DNA from: an uncultured Bacillales bacterium
GTDB lineage: Bacteria; Bacillota_I; Bacilli_A; RFN20; CAG-826
Assembly (NCBI GenBank): GCA_947302535.1
Contig: CAMYVX010000003.1
Location: 6,593 to 70,592, forward strand
Direction of reading: 5' to 3'
DNA: 64,000 nucleotides
Part shown: piece after piece, positions 31,697 to 40,874 of the stretch
Numbering within the stretch: position 1 is the stretch's first letter
Layout of the letters: each line of letters starts with the position of its first letter
Notes under the pieces: generated by a model
Seen by the model: only the letters and a program-made list of their open reading frames with translations
Database searches by the model: none
What the model was told of the DNA's origin: nothing
Position numbers and translations under genes: made by a program

Positions 31697-32347
31697 ATGA
31701 AAATACTTATTGGCGAGAATAATCGCGAACTTCTTCATACCCTCCAAAGGGGATTAGACCACTATCAAATGACCTCTGATATTGTTTTTGATGGGGTCCA
31801 AACATTAGAAAAGTATTCAAATAATAAATATGATTTATTACTTCTTGATGATTCTTTAGCAAGGATATCCGGAAATGATGTTAGTAAAGAAATAAGAGAG
31901 AATAATAAAACCATTTCTCTTATCATCATGAGTAATCAAAGTGAAATTAGTGAAAACATACTTCTATCCAATTCGCATGTTGATGATTTTATCACTAAAC
32001 CATTTAAGCTCATCCAACTTGTAGAAACTATCAATCTATTAACTGCCTTAAAAGGGAAAGGAAAAGATATCCATCTAGGGGATTTCCTTATCAAACAGAA
32101 TTACCTAGAACTAGAAAAAGATTCTTCGGCAAAGATTATCTTACATGAATATTACATTATTTCTTCATTAGAAGAAAAATCATATATAACCCACGAAGAG
32201 TTATTAAAAAGATGTCCTAAAATTCAAAAGGGAAGATTGGAATTATTCATCAAAACTATCAATATTAAACTCCATAACATCGGTTCATCATATGAAATAA
32301 CTTTCGAAAAAGGGAAAGGATTCAAATTGGCAAAAATTCATGATTAA
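31697..32347 (+). CDS. OmpR-family response regulator with atypical receiver (Asp-Asp pair replaced by Asn-Asn)
   Basis: 216 aa; receiver has LLLLDD (acceptor Asp), S at the Thr87 position and TKPF Lys, but N-terminal GENN where the E-D-D acid pocket is expected. C-terminal winged helix. Confidence 0.8.
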   Translation: MKILIGENNRELLHTLQRGLDHYQMTSDIVFDGVQTLEKYSNNKYDLLLLDDSLARISGNDVSKEIRENNKTISLIIMSNQSEISENILLSNSHVDDFITKPFKLIQLVETINLLTALKGKGKDIHLGDFLIKQNYLELEKDSSAKIILHEYYIISSLEEKSYITHEELLKRCPKIQKGRLELFIKTINIKLHNIGSSYEITFEKGKGFKLAKIHD

Positions 32348-33569
32348 AAAACTACGTTTCAAATTTATCTTATATTCGGTATTATCGGTTTTTGCTTTAC
32401 TTGTTCTCATTCTCAGCACGATTAATATCGTGAATTTCAATATGGTGGCTTCTGATGCTGATAATATAACTCAAATGATCGCGGATCATGATGGCGGATT
32501 TGAGCCCAATAAAGAAAGGGAACCTAGACCCGGAAGTATGGGTCCAGATTCACCTGATACTCCGATGAGTACTAGATATTTCACTGTTCGTCTTAGTAAA
32601 AACGAAGATATTGCCTATGAGCTCATCCATTACAATATCTCTGCTTTAAGTAAAGAGACTTGCTTAAAATGGGCCGAAGAGTTATCAAAGAACAAAGCTA
32701 AGACTGGGTGGAAAGATTTCTCTTACCGCTATCGTCTTTATGACGATAAAAATAACAAAGATGTCTCTTACGTCACTGTTATTGATCAAGGAAGAGAATT
32801 GTTACCATCTTTACGCGTTCTTATCGCTTCAGTTATTGGAGGAGTAAGTGGAACACTGATTACCTTCTTAGCCATTCTTCTAGTCTCTAAAAAGTTCATT
32901 AAACCAATTGAAGATACTTATCATAAACAACAACGCTTTGTTGCCGATGCTTCCTATGAATTAAAAACTCCTTTAACTATCATCTCCATGAATAATGAAA
33001 TATTAGAACTTGAACAAGGAGAAAATGAAGAATGTAAAGCTATCTCTAAAGAGATTAAACATTTAAACAAAGTATTAGATAATCTTGCTAACTTAGCTTT
33101 ATTAGATGGAACGCTTCCAGAAAAGATAAATAAAAATAACTTTGTTATTTCTGACTCTGTTAATCAAATCGCAGAAAAATACATCTCTTCATTTAATAAG
33201 TTACATAAGAAATTAGATGTAAATATTGTCCCTGATTTAGTCTATAAAGGCGATAAAGATATGATTATGCAATTAATCGATATTCTTTTAGATAACGCTT
33301 TAAAATATTCAACTAGCGAGGCTTCCTTAGATCTTCGTAGAGAAGATGAAAGAATTATCATCATTCAAACCAATGATAGAAAAGACATTAAAGACGGGCC
33401 ATTAGATATCGTCTTTGAAAAATTCTATCGTTTTGAAGCTGACCGTAATAGCAAAGTCGATGGCAGCGGTCTTGGTTTATCCATCGCTAAAGATATTGTA
33501 AATCTTCATAAAGGTCGTATTTACGCGAAAGGAAATGAAGGCAAGTTCATCATCAAAGTTGAACTTTAA
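32340..33569 (+). CDS. Sensor histidine kinase-like protein with H-box His replaced by Tyr
   Basis: 409 aa; two TM segments flanking a ~130-aa extracytoplasmic domain; H-box reads ADASYELKTPL (consensus S-H-E-L-R-T-P-L); N box LLDNALKYS and G2 GSGLGLSIAK present; 8-nt overlap with the RR gene. Confidence 0.8.
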   Translation: MIKKLRFKFILYSVLSVFALLVLILSTINIVNFNMVASDADNITQMIADHDGGFEPNKEREPRPGSMGPDSPDTPMSTRYFTVRLSKNEDIAYELIHYNISALSKETCLKWAEELSKNKAKTGWKDFSYRYRLYDDKNNKDVSYVTVIDQGRELLPSLRVLIASVIGGVSGTLITFLAILLVSKKFIKPIEDTYHKQQRFVADASYELKTPLTIISMNNEILELEQGENEECKAISKEIKHLNKVLDNLANLALLDGTLPEKINKNNFVISDSVNQIAEKYISSFNKLHKKLDVNIVPDLVYKGDKDMIMQLIDILLDNALKYSTSEASLDLRREDERIIIIQTNDRKDIKDGPLDIVFEKFYRFEADRNSKVDGSGLGLSIAKDIVNLHKGRIYAKGNEGKFIIKVEL

Positions 33570-33596
33570 TATCAATATTAAAAGAAAGGAATAGGC

Positions 33597-34319
33597 ATGT
33601 CAGACGCGATCACAGTCATGAAACGTGTGGAACTTAAATATATCTTGTCTAAACAGCAGACAGATTATTTAATCGAGCATTTAAAAGGACATATGGAAGT
33701 TGATCAATATGGCTTAACTTCTATTGCCTCGCTTTATTATGATACGCCTGACTATCGTTTAATTCGTACCTCAATAGAAAAACCGAAGTTTAAAGAAAAG
33801 ATCCGCCTTAGGTCTTATGGTCTAGCTACAGAAAAAAGTAACGTCTATCTTGAATTAAAAAGGAAATATGATGGAATCGTTTATAAACGACGAGCGGAAA
33901 CGACTATTCCTGCAGTTAAAGCCTTCTTCAACGGAGAAGGAGATATATGCGCTAATGGGCAGATAGCCAAAGAAATTACTTATTTCCGAGATTATTATAA
34001 AAATCTAGTCCCCTCATGCTTAATCATATACGATCGAACCGCTTATATAGAAAAAGAAGGGGACTTAAGGCTCACCATCGATGCTCGTCCTAGATATCGA
34101 GTTGAAGACTTAGTATTAACTAAAGATATGGAAGGAATACCACTTTTACCAGAAGGGTGTTGTATCCTCGAAGTTAAAGTACAACAGGCTTTGCCTCTAT
34201 GGCTTATCAAGATATTTAAAGAAGCAGATATTAAAATCAATACTTTTTCTAAGTATGGAGAAGCATATAAACAACAAATGAACAAATTAGTTTCAGAAAG
34301 GATTATCAATTATGTTTGA
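33597..34319 (+). CDS. VTC-domain (polyphosphate polymerase / triphosphate-tunnel-like) protein
   Basis: 240 aa; N-terminal RVELKYIL...LYYDTPDY pattern characteristic of bacterial VTC-domain proteins; basic residues throughout. Confidence 0.7.
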   Translation: MSDAITVMKRVELKYILSKQQTDYLIEHLKGHMEVDQYGLTSIASLYYDTPDYRLIRTSIEKPKFKEKIRLRSYGLATEKSNVYLELKRKYDGIVYKRRAETTIPAVKAFFNGEGDICANGQIAKEITYFRDYYKNLVPSCLIIYDRTAYIEKEGDLRLTIDARPRYRVEDLVLTKDMEGIPLLPEGCCILEVKVQQALPLWLIKIFKEADIKINTFSKYGEAYKQQMNKLVSERIINYV

Positions 34320-35004
34320 ATCAGTATTCGCTAATAACACCGACGTCGCACTCGTATTTGCGATGGCAGGAATTGCCGTAGTTATTGGTATCTTATCAAC
34401 CTTCTTATTCTCTTTAAGAATTCGTTCTACCGCCGGGTTCTTTGTAACAGCATGTTTATTACCGCTTGTTGTCTCACTTGCTATTTGCTTAGTAGGAGCC
34501 TTCTTACAAGGAGCCACCAGTGTGACAGCAAGAATAGTAACTATCGCTGTGGCTTTAGGATTAATTAGATTTAGAAGCGCTCAAGGAAAAGCGGAAGAAT
34601 TATTAGCCCTTTTATCAAGTGTTGTAATTGGTCTAATCCTTGGATTAGGTTTCCTCCTTTTAGGTGCTATATTTGGTATTGCTATTCCTATAGTCTTCTT
34701 ATTGGTTAGTTATTTACCATTCTTTGAACACAAAAGATTTGCTAGAGAAAAATTATTAAAGATTACTATCCCTGAATCTTTAGATTATTCTGATGTCTTT
34801 ACTGCTACTTTTGATCACTATTTAAAAGAAGTCGAATTAGTGGAAGTTAAGACTACTGGTATGGGTTCTATGTTTAAACTCTCATATCGAGTCGTTATGA
34901 AAAACCAAAAAGAAGAAAAAGAAATGATTGATGAACTCCGTATTAAAAACGGTAATTTAGAGATCTCTTTAGTCCCATATAGTGAACCTCTTGGAAAACT
35001 ATAA
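34312..35004 (+). CDS. DUF4956-family membrane protein (usual partner of bacterial VTC proteins)
   Basis: 230 aa; four N-terminal TM helices plus soluble C-terminal domain; 8-nt overlap with the VTC gene. Confidence 0.65.
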   Translation: MFESVFANNTDVALVFAMAGIAVVIGILSTFLFSLRIRSTAGFFVTACLLPLVVSLAICLVGAFLQGATSVTARIVTIAVALGLIRFRSAQGKAEELLALLSSVVIGLILGLGFLLLGAIFGIAIPIVFLLVSYLPFFEHKRFAREKLLKITIPESLDYSDVFTATFDHYLKEVELVEVKTTGMGSMFKLSYRVVMKNQKEEKEMIDELRIKNGNLEISLVPYSEPLGKL

Positions 35005-35018
35005 TAGGAGGTAATTTT

Positions 35019-36695
35019 ATGAAAAAAAGCCTATTTTTAGCCACTTCTTTACTTTTAACATCCCTTTTAGCGGGTTGTGGCTGTAACGCTAATTCAAGCA
35101 AAAGTAATGACGATGATGATAGCCAAACAGTCGATGTCGTCACACCAGACGAAGATATGTTTGGTGACGCTGATAAAAAGATTATTGATTCCGTTGATAC
35201 CGTAATTACTTTAAGCGATAGCGGTGCTGATATTTCTGGAAGCACAAGTGGAGCTTCCTATTCTTCAAATCTCGTTACTATCTCTTCTCCAGGGTATTTT
35301 GAAATAACTGGAAGTAGTAACAGTGTCACCATTCTCGTTAATGATTCTTCAAAGAAAGGTAATATCTATCTTCTTTTAAACGGGGTCTCTATTACTTCAT
35401 CTAGTAAGGCTTGTATCCTCATTAATTCCGCGGATAAAGTTCTTATCCAACCAAAAGAAGGAACAATTAATAAGTTAACTAGCACTTTTACTAGTTCTTA
35501 TTCCTATGGATCTACTAATGTGGACGCAACCGTCTATTCTCGCGATACAATAACATTCTCTGGAAACGGAGATTTAACCGTTACCGGACAATTAAAGGCC
35601 GTTGAATCTAAAGATGATATGCGTATATATGGAGATGGAGGTTTTATCTTTACTTCTAATAAGGATAAATGTTTAAACATCAACGATTCAGTTCGTATCG
35701 GTGGTAATCCTGGTGTATATGTGAACGGAAATGAAGACGGCATTCATGTTGAAAATTCTAGTGGGGATAGTTTCTTCTATATGGAATCTGGCACATTAAC
35801 CATTAATGCTTCATATGACGGTATTGATGTTTCTACAGAGGCCACAACTTTCTCTGGCTATACGAAATTAGTCGCAGGAACAATAGATATTGTTACTACT
35901 TCAACTTCTTCAAGTGCATCAAGAAAAGGAATTAAATGTTTAGGCGATATCTATGTTGGCAAAATGGATATCACCATTAACTCTAAGGATGATGGCTTCC
36001 ATAGCGGCGCTTCTATTTCCTTTACTGATGGAACTTATGATATTTCAAGCGGAGATGACGCTATTCATGCGGATAATACTTTCCATATGTCCGGAGGAGC
36101 AGCCGTTGTCAATAAAGCTTCTGAGGGCGTTGAAAGTAATCATGTTGATATCGTTGGAGGCTCTCTTACTATTTATTCCTCTGACGACGGTATAAACGCT
36201 TCTAAAAAGATAGATGAATCACCAACAATCAAAGTTACTGGTGGCTATTTAGATATTACGGTTGGTTCTGGGGATGTTGATGGTATTGATTCTAATGGTA
36301 CCTTCACTCAAACAGGAGGCGTTGTTATTACTAGAGGCGCTCCTAATTCTACAGGCGGAACCGCCACTGGTATTGATACTGATGGCGGTATCAATCTTAG
36401 TGGAGGCACATTTATTTGTGTTGGCCCATATGAAGGAACTTTAACCAAAGACAGTGGAGTTTATGGATTTGGTTTAGGTACAACTACTGGTGGACCTGGT
36501 GGAGGTCCCGGAGGACCAAAAAGAGCTAGCAGTATTACCTTAACTAGCGGTACTTGGACCGTTTCAGGAATTGATATTAGTTTTGCTATTACAGGAAACT
36601 ATTACGGTATCAGTGTTTATTCTTCTGATTTCTCAAGTGGATCAACTTATACCGTTTCTAGCGGTTCTTCTTCCTATTCAGGAACAGCCTCATAA
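35019..36695 (+). CDS. Secreted lipoprotein with repetitive Ser/Gly/Thr/Asp-rich beta-rich domain (carbohydrate-binding-domain-like)
   Basis: 558 aa; lipobox LLAGCGC; recurring GxDxxGxxT-type segments; GGPGGGPGGP low-complexity stretch; RBS taggagg. Confidence 0.65.
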   Translation: MKKSLFLATSLLLTSLLAGCGCNANSSKSNDDDDSQTVDVVTPDEDMFGDADKKIIDSVDTVITLSDSGADISGSTSGASYSSNLVTISSPGYFEITGSSNSVTILVNDSSKKGNIYLLLNGVSITSSSKACILINSADKVLIQPKEGTINKLTSTFTSSYSYGSTNVDATVYSRDTITFSGNGDLTVTGQLKAVESKDDMRIYGDGGFIFTSNKDKCLNINDSVRIGGNPGVYVNGNEDGIHVENSSGDSFFYMESGTLTINASYDGIDVSTEATTFSGYTKLVAGTIDIVTTSTSSSASRKGIKCLGDIYVGKMDITINSKDDGFHSGASISFTDGTYDISSGDDAIHADNTFHMSGGAAVVNKASEGVESNHVDIVGGSLTIYSSDDGINASKKIDESPTIKVTGGYLDITVGSGDVDGIDSNGTFTQTGGVVITRGAPNSTGGTATGIDTDGGINLSGGTFICVGPYEGTLTKDSGVYGFGLGTTTGGPGGGPGGPKRASSITLTSGTWTVSGIDISFAITGNYYGISVYSSDFSSGSTYTVSSGSSSYSGTAS

Positions 36696-36711
36696 AATAA
36701 ACAAAAACATG

Positions 36712-36742
36712 ACAAAAGCGCTCATTTTGAGCGCTTTTTTGT
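36712..36742. terminator. Bidirectional rho-independent terminator
   Basis: Hairpin aaagcgctcattttgagcgcttt flanked by an A-run and a T-run; sits between convergent genes. Confidence 0.7.
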
Positions 36743-36744
36743 GA

Positions 36745-36960
36745 TTATTTGATTATTTCTTCTTCTTTAATGTTATAACGGAATGATGGGCATTCTCCTC
36801 CAACTTGGAGGGTATAAATCACTTCGTTATTTTCATTTAATTTCACTTCGTAGATATATCCAGGACACACTCCGTCTTTTTTATCTTTAAAGCGGACAAA
36901 GTCGCCAAGATGATATTTACTATGAATAACTATCTTGTTCTTTTTCTTTTTAAAGCACAT
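36745..36960 (-). CDS. Small hypothetical protein
   Basis: 71-aa ORF, Lys-rich N-terminus; no family recognised. Confidence 0.35.
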   Translation of the reverse strand: MCFKKKKNKIVIHSKYHLGDFVRFKDKKDGVCPGYIYEVKLNENNEVIYTLQVGGECPSFRYNIKEEEIIK

Positions 36961-37550
36961 TATGCATTAATGTTTTTACCATCTAAAGCGAGATAAAAAT
37001 TGACTCTTGTTGCTTGATGATAAGGAATAACCCAAAGAACACCAAAACCGAAGCAAAGCATACCAACGATATACCAGCCTAAGAAACTTAAATCTAAAAT
37101 GAATAATTCAAATTTATGGCCGTACATCATTTGTCTAGATTTTTCATGAGCTTGTCTCCAATCAAGTGAAGGATCTTCTAAAAGAAGATATTGGCTCATG
37201 GAATAGGAATAGGATTTAACAATTCCAGGAATGACAAATAAAAGTGACCATAACATAATGAAAATCATTTCTAAGAAACCCAATAAGAAAGAATCTTGGA
37301 ATCTTTCAGAAAAGGCAGAAAAGACATCATTAATAAGAGGTTCTTGTTTCTTGTGAAGTTTAACAAAGTATTTTATTAAACCATAGGTAAGTGGCCCCAC
37401 TAAAAGGAAGAAACCAATAATGGTATAAACTGATAAGGATAATAATAAATTAGAAATTAAGCACATTAGCAACGCTAATAGCCATGGTTCAGCAAAAATA
37501 TGAATTAATTCATTTCTTGCTTGTTGTTTTAAATATGGACGATCAATCAT
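36960..37550 (-). CDS. Integral membrane protein (possibly DUF975-like)
   Basis: 196 aa; four or five predicted TM helices; overlaps the P-type ATPase stop. Confidence 0.4.
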   Translation of the reverse strand: MIDRPYLKQQARNELIHIFAEPWLLALLMCLISNLLLSLSVYTIIGFFLLVGPLTYGLIKYFVKLHKKQEPLINDVFSAFSERFQDSFLLGFLEMIFIMLWSLLFVIPGIVKSYSYSMSQYLLLEDPSLDWRQAHEKSRQMMYGHKFELFILDLSFLGWYIVGMLCFGFGVLWVIPYHQATRVNFYLALDGKNINA

Positions 37551-40224
37551 CGACTTTTAATCCCCTTTCTTTTAATTGTTCAACTTCTAAAGCATATTTT
37601 CTTTCTAACCCTTTGTTAATAGCCCTTAATAAGACAATATAAATTGGAAGAGCAATAACAAAGAAGATTAATATGACTAAGAAGTTATAACCGTTACTGA
37701 AGAAACTTTGTACCGCACTGGAATTCCATGGTTGGAAGAATTCACGGACAATTGGCCAGTTACCAATACTATCTTTACCACCTGCATCAATTACTGCTTG
37801 TGGAGTTCTAAAATGGCTTGGTGGTAATGGTTGGCCCATTAAGAATGTTGTTGGTAGCATCATTGATAAACCAATACCAGTAAAGGCGACGCCTCCTAAA
37901 ACGAACCATCTCCATTTATTAAATGGAATACACATAGCAACGGTAACAATAACACCGGCCATGACGAGCATAAGAGTCATTAATGAATGAGCGTCAGTTT
38001 CGCTGATATGAGGTGCATAAATACCAGTGACAACTTCTTTATAGAAGAGAACGTGGTTCACACCCATTGTGTGAATAATAACAGGAATAACAATTGCTAA
38101 AGCCGCTAATAATCCACTTGCTAGAGCTTTACGAGCAATGTTATCAATAAACTTACCTCTAATTGGTAATTTCGCTCCTTCAAGAGATAACAAGAAGCCG
38201 CCAGTACCAATAACTGTAGATTCTAATAAATAAGCGTTTTCCACTGTGTACCACATTTGACCTTTCTTAAATGGAATTAAGGCAAATGCTAAAGTGATAA
38301 TAGCAATAGTCTTCATTAAGAAGAGGATAGAAGTTCTTTGGATGTTATTAATAACCCTTCTTCCTTGTCCCACAACTTCTTTTAGGTGTGAGAAATCATT
38401 ATCAAGTAAAACGACATCGCTACAACTCTTAGCAGCGTCTGTAGCTTTCGCGAATGTAATAGAGGAATCGGCCTTTCTTAACGCTAAGATATCGTTAACA
38501 CCGTCTCCAGTCATCGCCACTTTATGGCCTTCACTTTGTAAAGCTTCCACTAAAGCTGCTTTTTGTTCAGGAGAAACACGAGCAAAGATTGTATATTCTT
38601 TGGCAACTTCTTTAACTTTTTCTAAAGGCATACCCTCTAAGGAAATAGCCTTATCCGCATTTTGAATACCACATGTTTCCGCAATTTTAGAAACAGTTAA
38701 TGGGTTATCACCGGAAATAACTTTGACGTTCACCGCATTATCACGGAAGAATTTTAGTGTTTCAGGCGCGGACGCTCTTATTTGATCTTCAATAACAAAG
38801 AACGCTAATAAATCATCATTGAGTTTAAAAGCGATAACACGTTTACCTTCTTTAGCTTTTTCTTCAACAAAGGCTAAACGTTTATCATTCTTTTCTAAAA
38901 GGTATTCAGGTGCACCTAATGTTAAGGTATCACCATTTTCATAAATTAAACCACTAGATTTCTTTTCACTAGAGAATGGTAAATATTGTTTAAATTTAAC
39001 ATCTTTATTTTCACCAAATGCATTAAATAATGCATCAGCGGTTTGGTTTCTATTGTCCATCGCTCCAAGAAGGTTTTTAATATGATCATAAATATCTTCT
39101 AAGTGAGCAAATCTTTCCACGTGCACTAATTTCATCGTGCCATCGGTTAATGTACCAGTTTTATCTAAACAGATAGTATCAACACGAGAAAGATTCTCTA
39201 AAGAGTATAACTGTTGAATTAAGGTATTTTGTCTAGACAAGGAGGCAATAGAAATCATTAATGTGACAGAAGTAGTAAGAATTAAACCAGATGGAATAAT
39301 GCCAATAGCGAAACTACCCGCTGTAATCATGATTCTCGCCCACGTAACTGGACTATCTAAGGTAAGAGTCATACCATCCCATATTTCGGGCACAGAACCA
39401 GTTTTATTAATCTTATAGACCAATGTTCCGATAATTGTAGCGGTCACAATTAATAAAACGATAGACAGAACCTTTAAAATTTTAGTAATATCGCTCATTA
39501 ACTCTGATTTATGAGAGCCAACACTTTTAACTTTTCTTTGAAGTTCAGATACATAAGTATCTTGACCAACTTTTTCAACACGTGCTTTGGCTTTTCCAAC
39601 AATAATCGCAGAACCAGAATAAACTAAATCTCCTGGCATCTTTTTGACATGATCAGCTTCACCAGTAAGCATAGATTCGTCGACATGTAAGTTACCTTCA
39701 AGAACAATCATGTCGCAAACAGCTTGTTCACCCGCTTTTAAGCAAACGACATCATCAGTAACAATAGAAGCAGATTCAATTTCTTCTTCTTTACCGTTAC
39801 GAATAACTCTAGACTTCATAGAAGTCACAATCTTAAGTTTATTTAAAACATTACGGGAATGAATCTCTTGAATTGTTCCTACAGTCACATTCATTAATAA
39901 AGGAATTAAGAATATGAATTTTGAGAAACCAAAATGCTTATCAATAACATCTTGATTGCCTGTGCTACTTAAATAAATAATGAAGACTAAAAAGATAATC
40001 GCGATAATGAAAAGCAAGCAGTTAAATAATGTAAAAACATTATCAAAGATAATCTTACCGATACTTTTGGTTTGAGTATCTTTAACAACGTTGACATATC
40101 CTTTGGCTTTTCTTTCATTCACCTGTTCGTCATTTAAACCAAAATCAGGTTTACTTTCAACACGATCAAGAGCTTCTTTCTCTAAAATCTTAGCCATAGT
40201 AATACTCTCCTTTGATGAAGTCAT
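37543..40224 (-). CDS. Cation-transporting P-type ATPase (P2-like)
   Basis: 893 aa; phosphorylation motif CLDKTGTLT, hinge TGDGVNDILALRKAD, ten predicted TM segments. Confidence 0.9.
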   Translation of the reverse strand: MTSSKESITMAKILEKEALDRVESKPDFGLNDEQVNERKAKGYVNVVKDTQTKSIGKIIFDNVFTLFNCLLFIIAIIFLVFIIYLSSTGNQDVIDKHFGFSKFIFLIPLLMNVTVGTIQEIHSRNVLNKLKIVTSMKSRVIRNGKEEEIESASIVTDDVVCLKAGEQAVCDMIVLEGNLHVDESMLTGEADHVKKMPGDLVYSGSAIIVGKAKARVEKVGQDTYVSELQRKVKSVGSHKSELMSDITKILKVLSIVLLIVTATIIGTLVYKINKTGSVPEIWDGMTLTLDSPVTWARIMITAGSFAIGIIPSGLILTTSVTLMISIASLSRQNTLIQQLYSLENLSRVDTICLDKTGTLTDGTMKLVHVERFAHLEDIYDHIKNLLGAMDNRNQTADALFNAFGENKDVKFKQYLPFSSEKKSSGLIYENGDTLTLGAPEYLLEKNDKRLAFVEEKAKEGKRVIAFKLNDDLLAFFVIEDQIRASAPETLKFFRDNAVNVKVISGDNPLTVSKIAETCGIQNADKAISLEGMPLEKVKEVAKEYTIFARVSPEQKAALVEALQSEGHKVAMTGDGVNDILALRKADSSITFAKATDAAKSCSDVVLLDNDFSHLKEVVGQGRRVINNIQRTSILFLMKTIAIITLAFALIPFKKGQMWYTVENAYLLESTVIGTGGFLLSLEGAKLPIRGKFIDNIARKALASGLLAALAIVIPVIIHTMGVNHVLFYKEVVTGIYAPHISETDAHSLMTLMLVMAGVIVTVAMCIPFNKWRWFVLGGVAFTGIGLSMMLPTTFLMGQPLPPSHFRTPQAVIDAGGKDSIGNWPIVREFFQPWNSSAVQSFFSNGYNFLVILIFFVIALPIYIVLLRAINKGLERKYALEVEQLKERGLKVDD

Positions 40225-40280
40225 TCATCAGTTTAGTCTATTATACATCATTATTTATATAATGCTCAATATTAATAAAG

Positions 40281-40312
40281 CAAAAGAAAAGACCCAACCT
40301 TCCGGTTAGGCC
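40281..40312 (-). terminator. Probable terminator downstream of lipoprotein gene
   Basis: Imperfect hairpin gacccaaccttccggttaggcc followed by a T-run on the minus strand. Confidence 0.35.
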
Positions 40313-40338
40313 TTATATTCTTAATTTAAATGATTAAA

Positions 40339-40770
40339 TTAGTCGGACCATTTTAAGGTCATTTCTTCTTCGTATTTAATGCCGTTAACTTCTCCAGAAG
40401 CGCTTGTTTTGGTGACATAACCATATTTATCGAATTCGACATAGCCTTTTAAGCCTTCATCTTCGGCTTCGATTTTGAAACCATCACCAACATAATAAGT
40501 CGCACCCTTTTTTTCGGCAACAGCATAAACGTCGATCTTATAGCCTACGGCAAAAGCTTTTAATTCATCGCCTTCATAGGTTGCGCTATCTTCAACTTTC
40601 GCATCACCCATTTTGACATAACCGCTAACTTCGACTTTTTTGTATTCGTGCTTTTCAATTTTTTCAACTTCAGCTTTGAAATCTGCAAAGGAGACTTTCT
40701 TTAAGTTGGAGCAGCCAACTAACATTGTGGTAGCAGCGAGACCAAGAATAATTTTGTTAAAAACTTTCAT
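40339..40770 (-). CDS. Lipoprotein, unknown function
   Basis: 143 aa; signal peptide with lipobox MLVGCSN. Confidence 0.6.
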   Translation of the reverse strand: MKVFNKIILGLAATTMLVGCSNLKKVSFADFKAEVEKIEKHEYKKVEVSGYVKMGDAKVEDSATYEGDELKAFAVGYKIDVYAVAEKKGATYYVGDGFKIEAEDEGLKGYVEFDKYGYVTKTSASGEVNGIKYEEEMTLKWSD

Positions 40771-40874
40771 TGTGTTTTTATCCTCCGCTTTTTATTATCT
40801 CATACAAATATCTTTTTTCAACAAAAAAATACTTTTCTTTAGAACGTTGCTAGAAAAGTCTTGAATCTAGAGCA

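Noticed and set aside
32955-32978. Possibility that the H-to-Y change in the HK is a simple sequencing or frameshift artefact
   Set aside because: This is not rejected outright. But the reading frame is continuous through flanking conserved residues (ADAS-Y-ELKTPL), and the partner RR independently shows DD-to-NN, making a coincidental artefact less likely; it is flagged in findings instead.
34043-35245. Minus-strand ORFs 34043..34309, 34293..34517, 34943..35245 and plus/minus ORFs inside the lipoprotein gene (35534..35743, 35953..36195, 36262..36444)
   Set aside because: They are antisense or out of frame within the VTC/DUF4956/lipoprotein genes; shadow ORFs.
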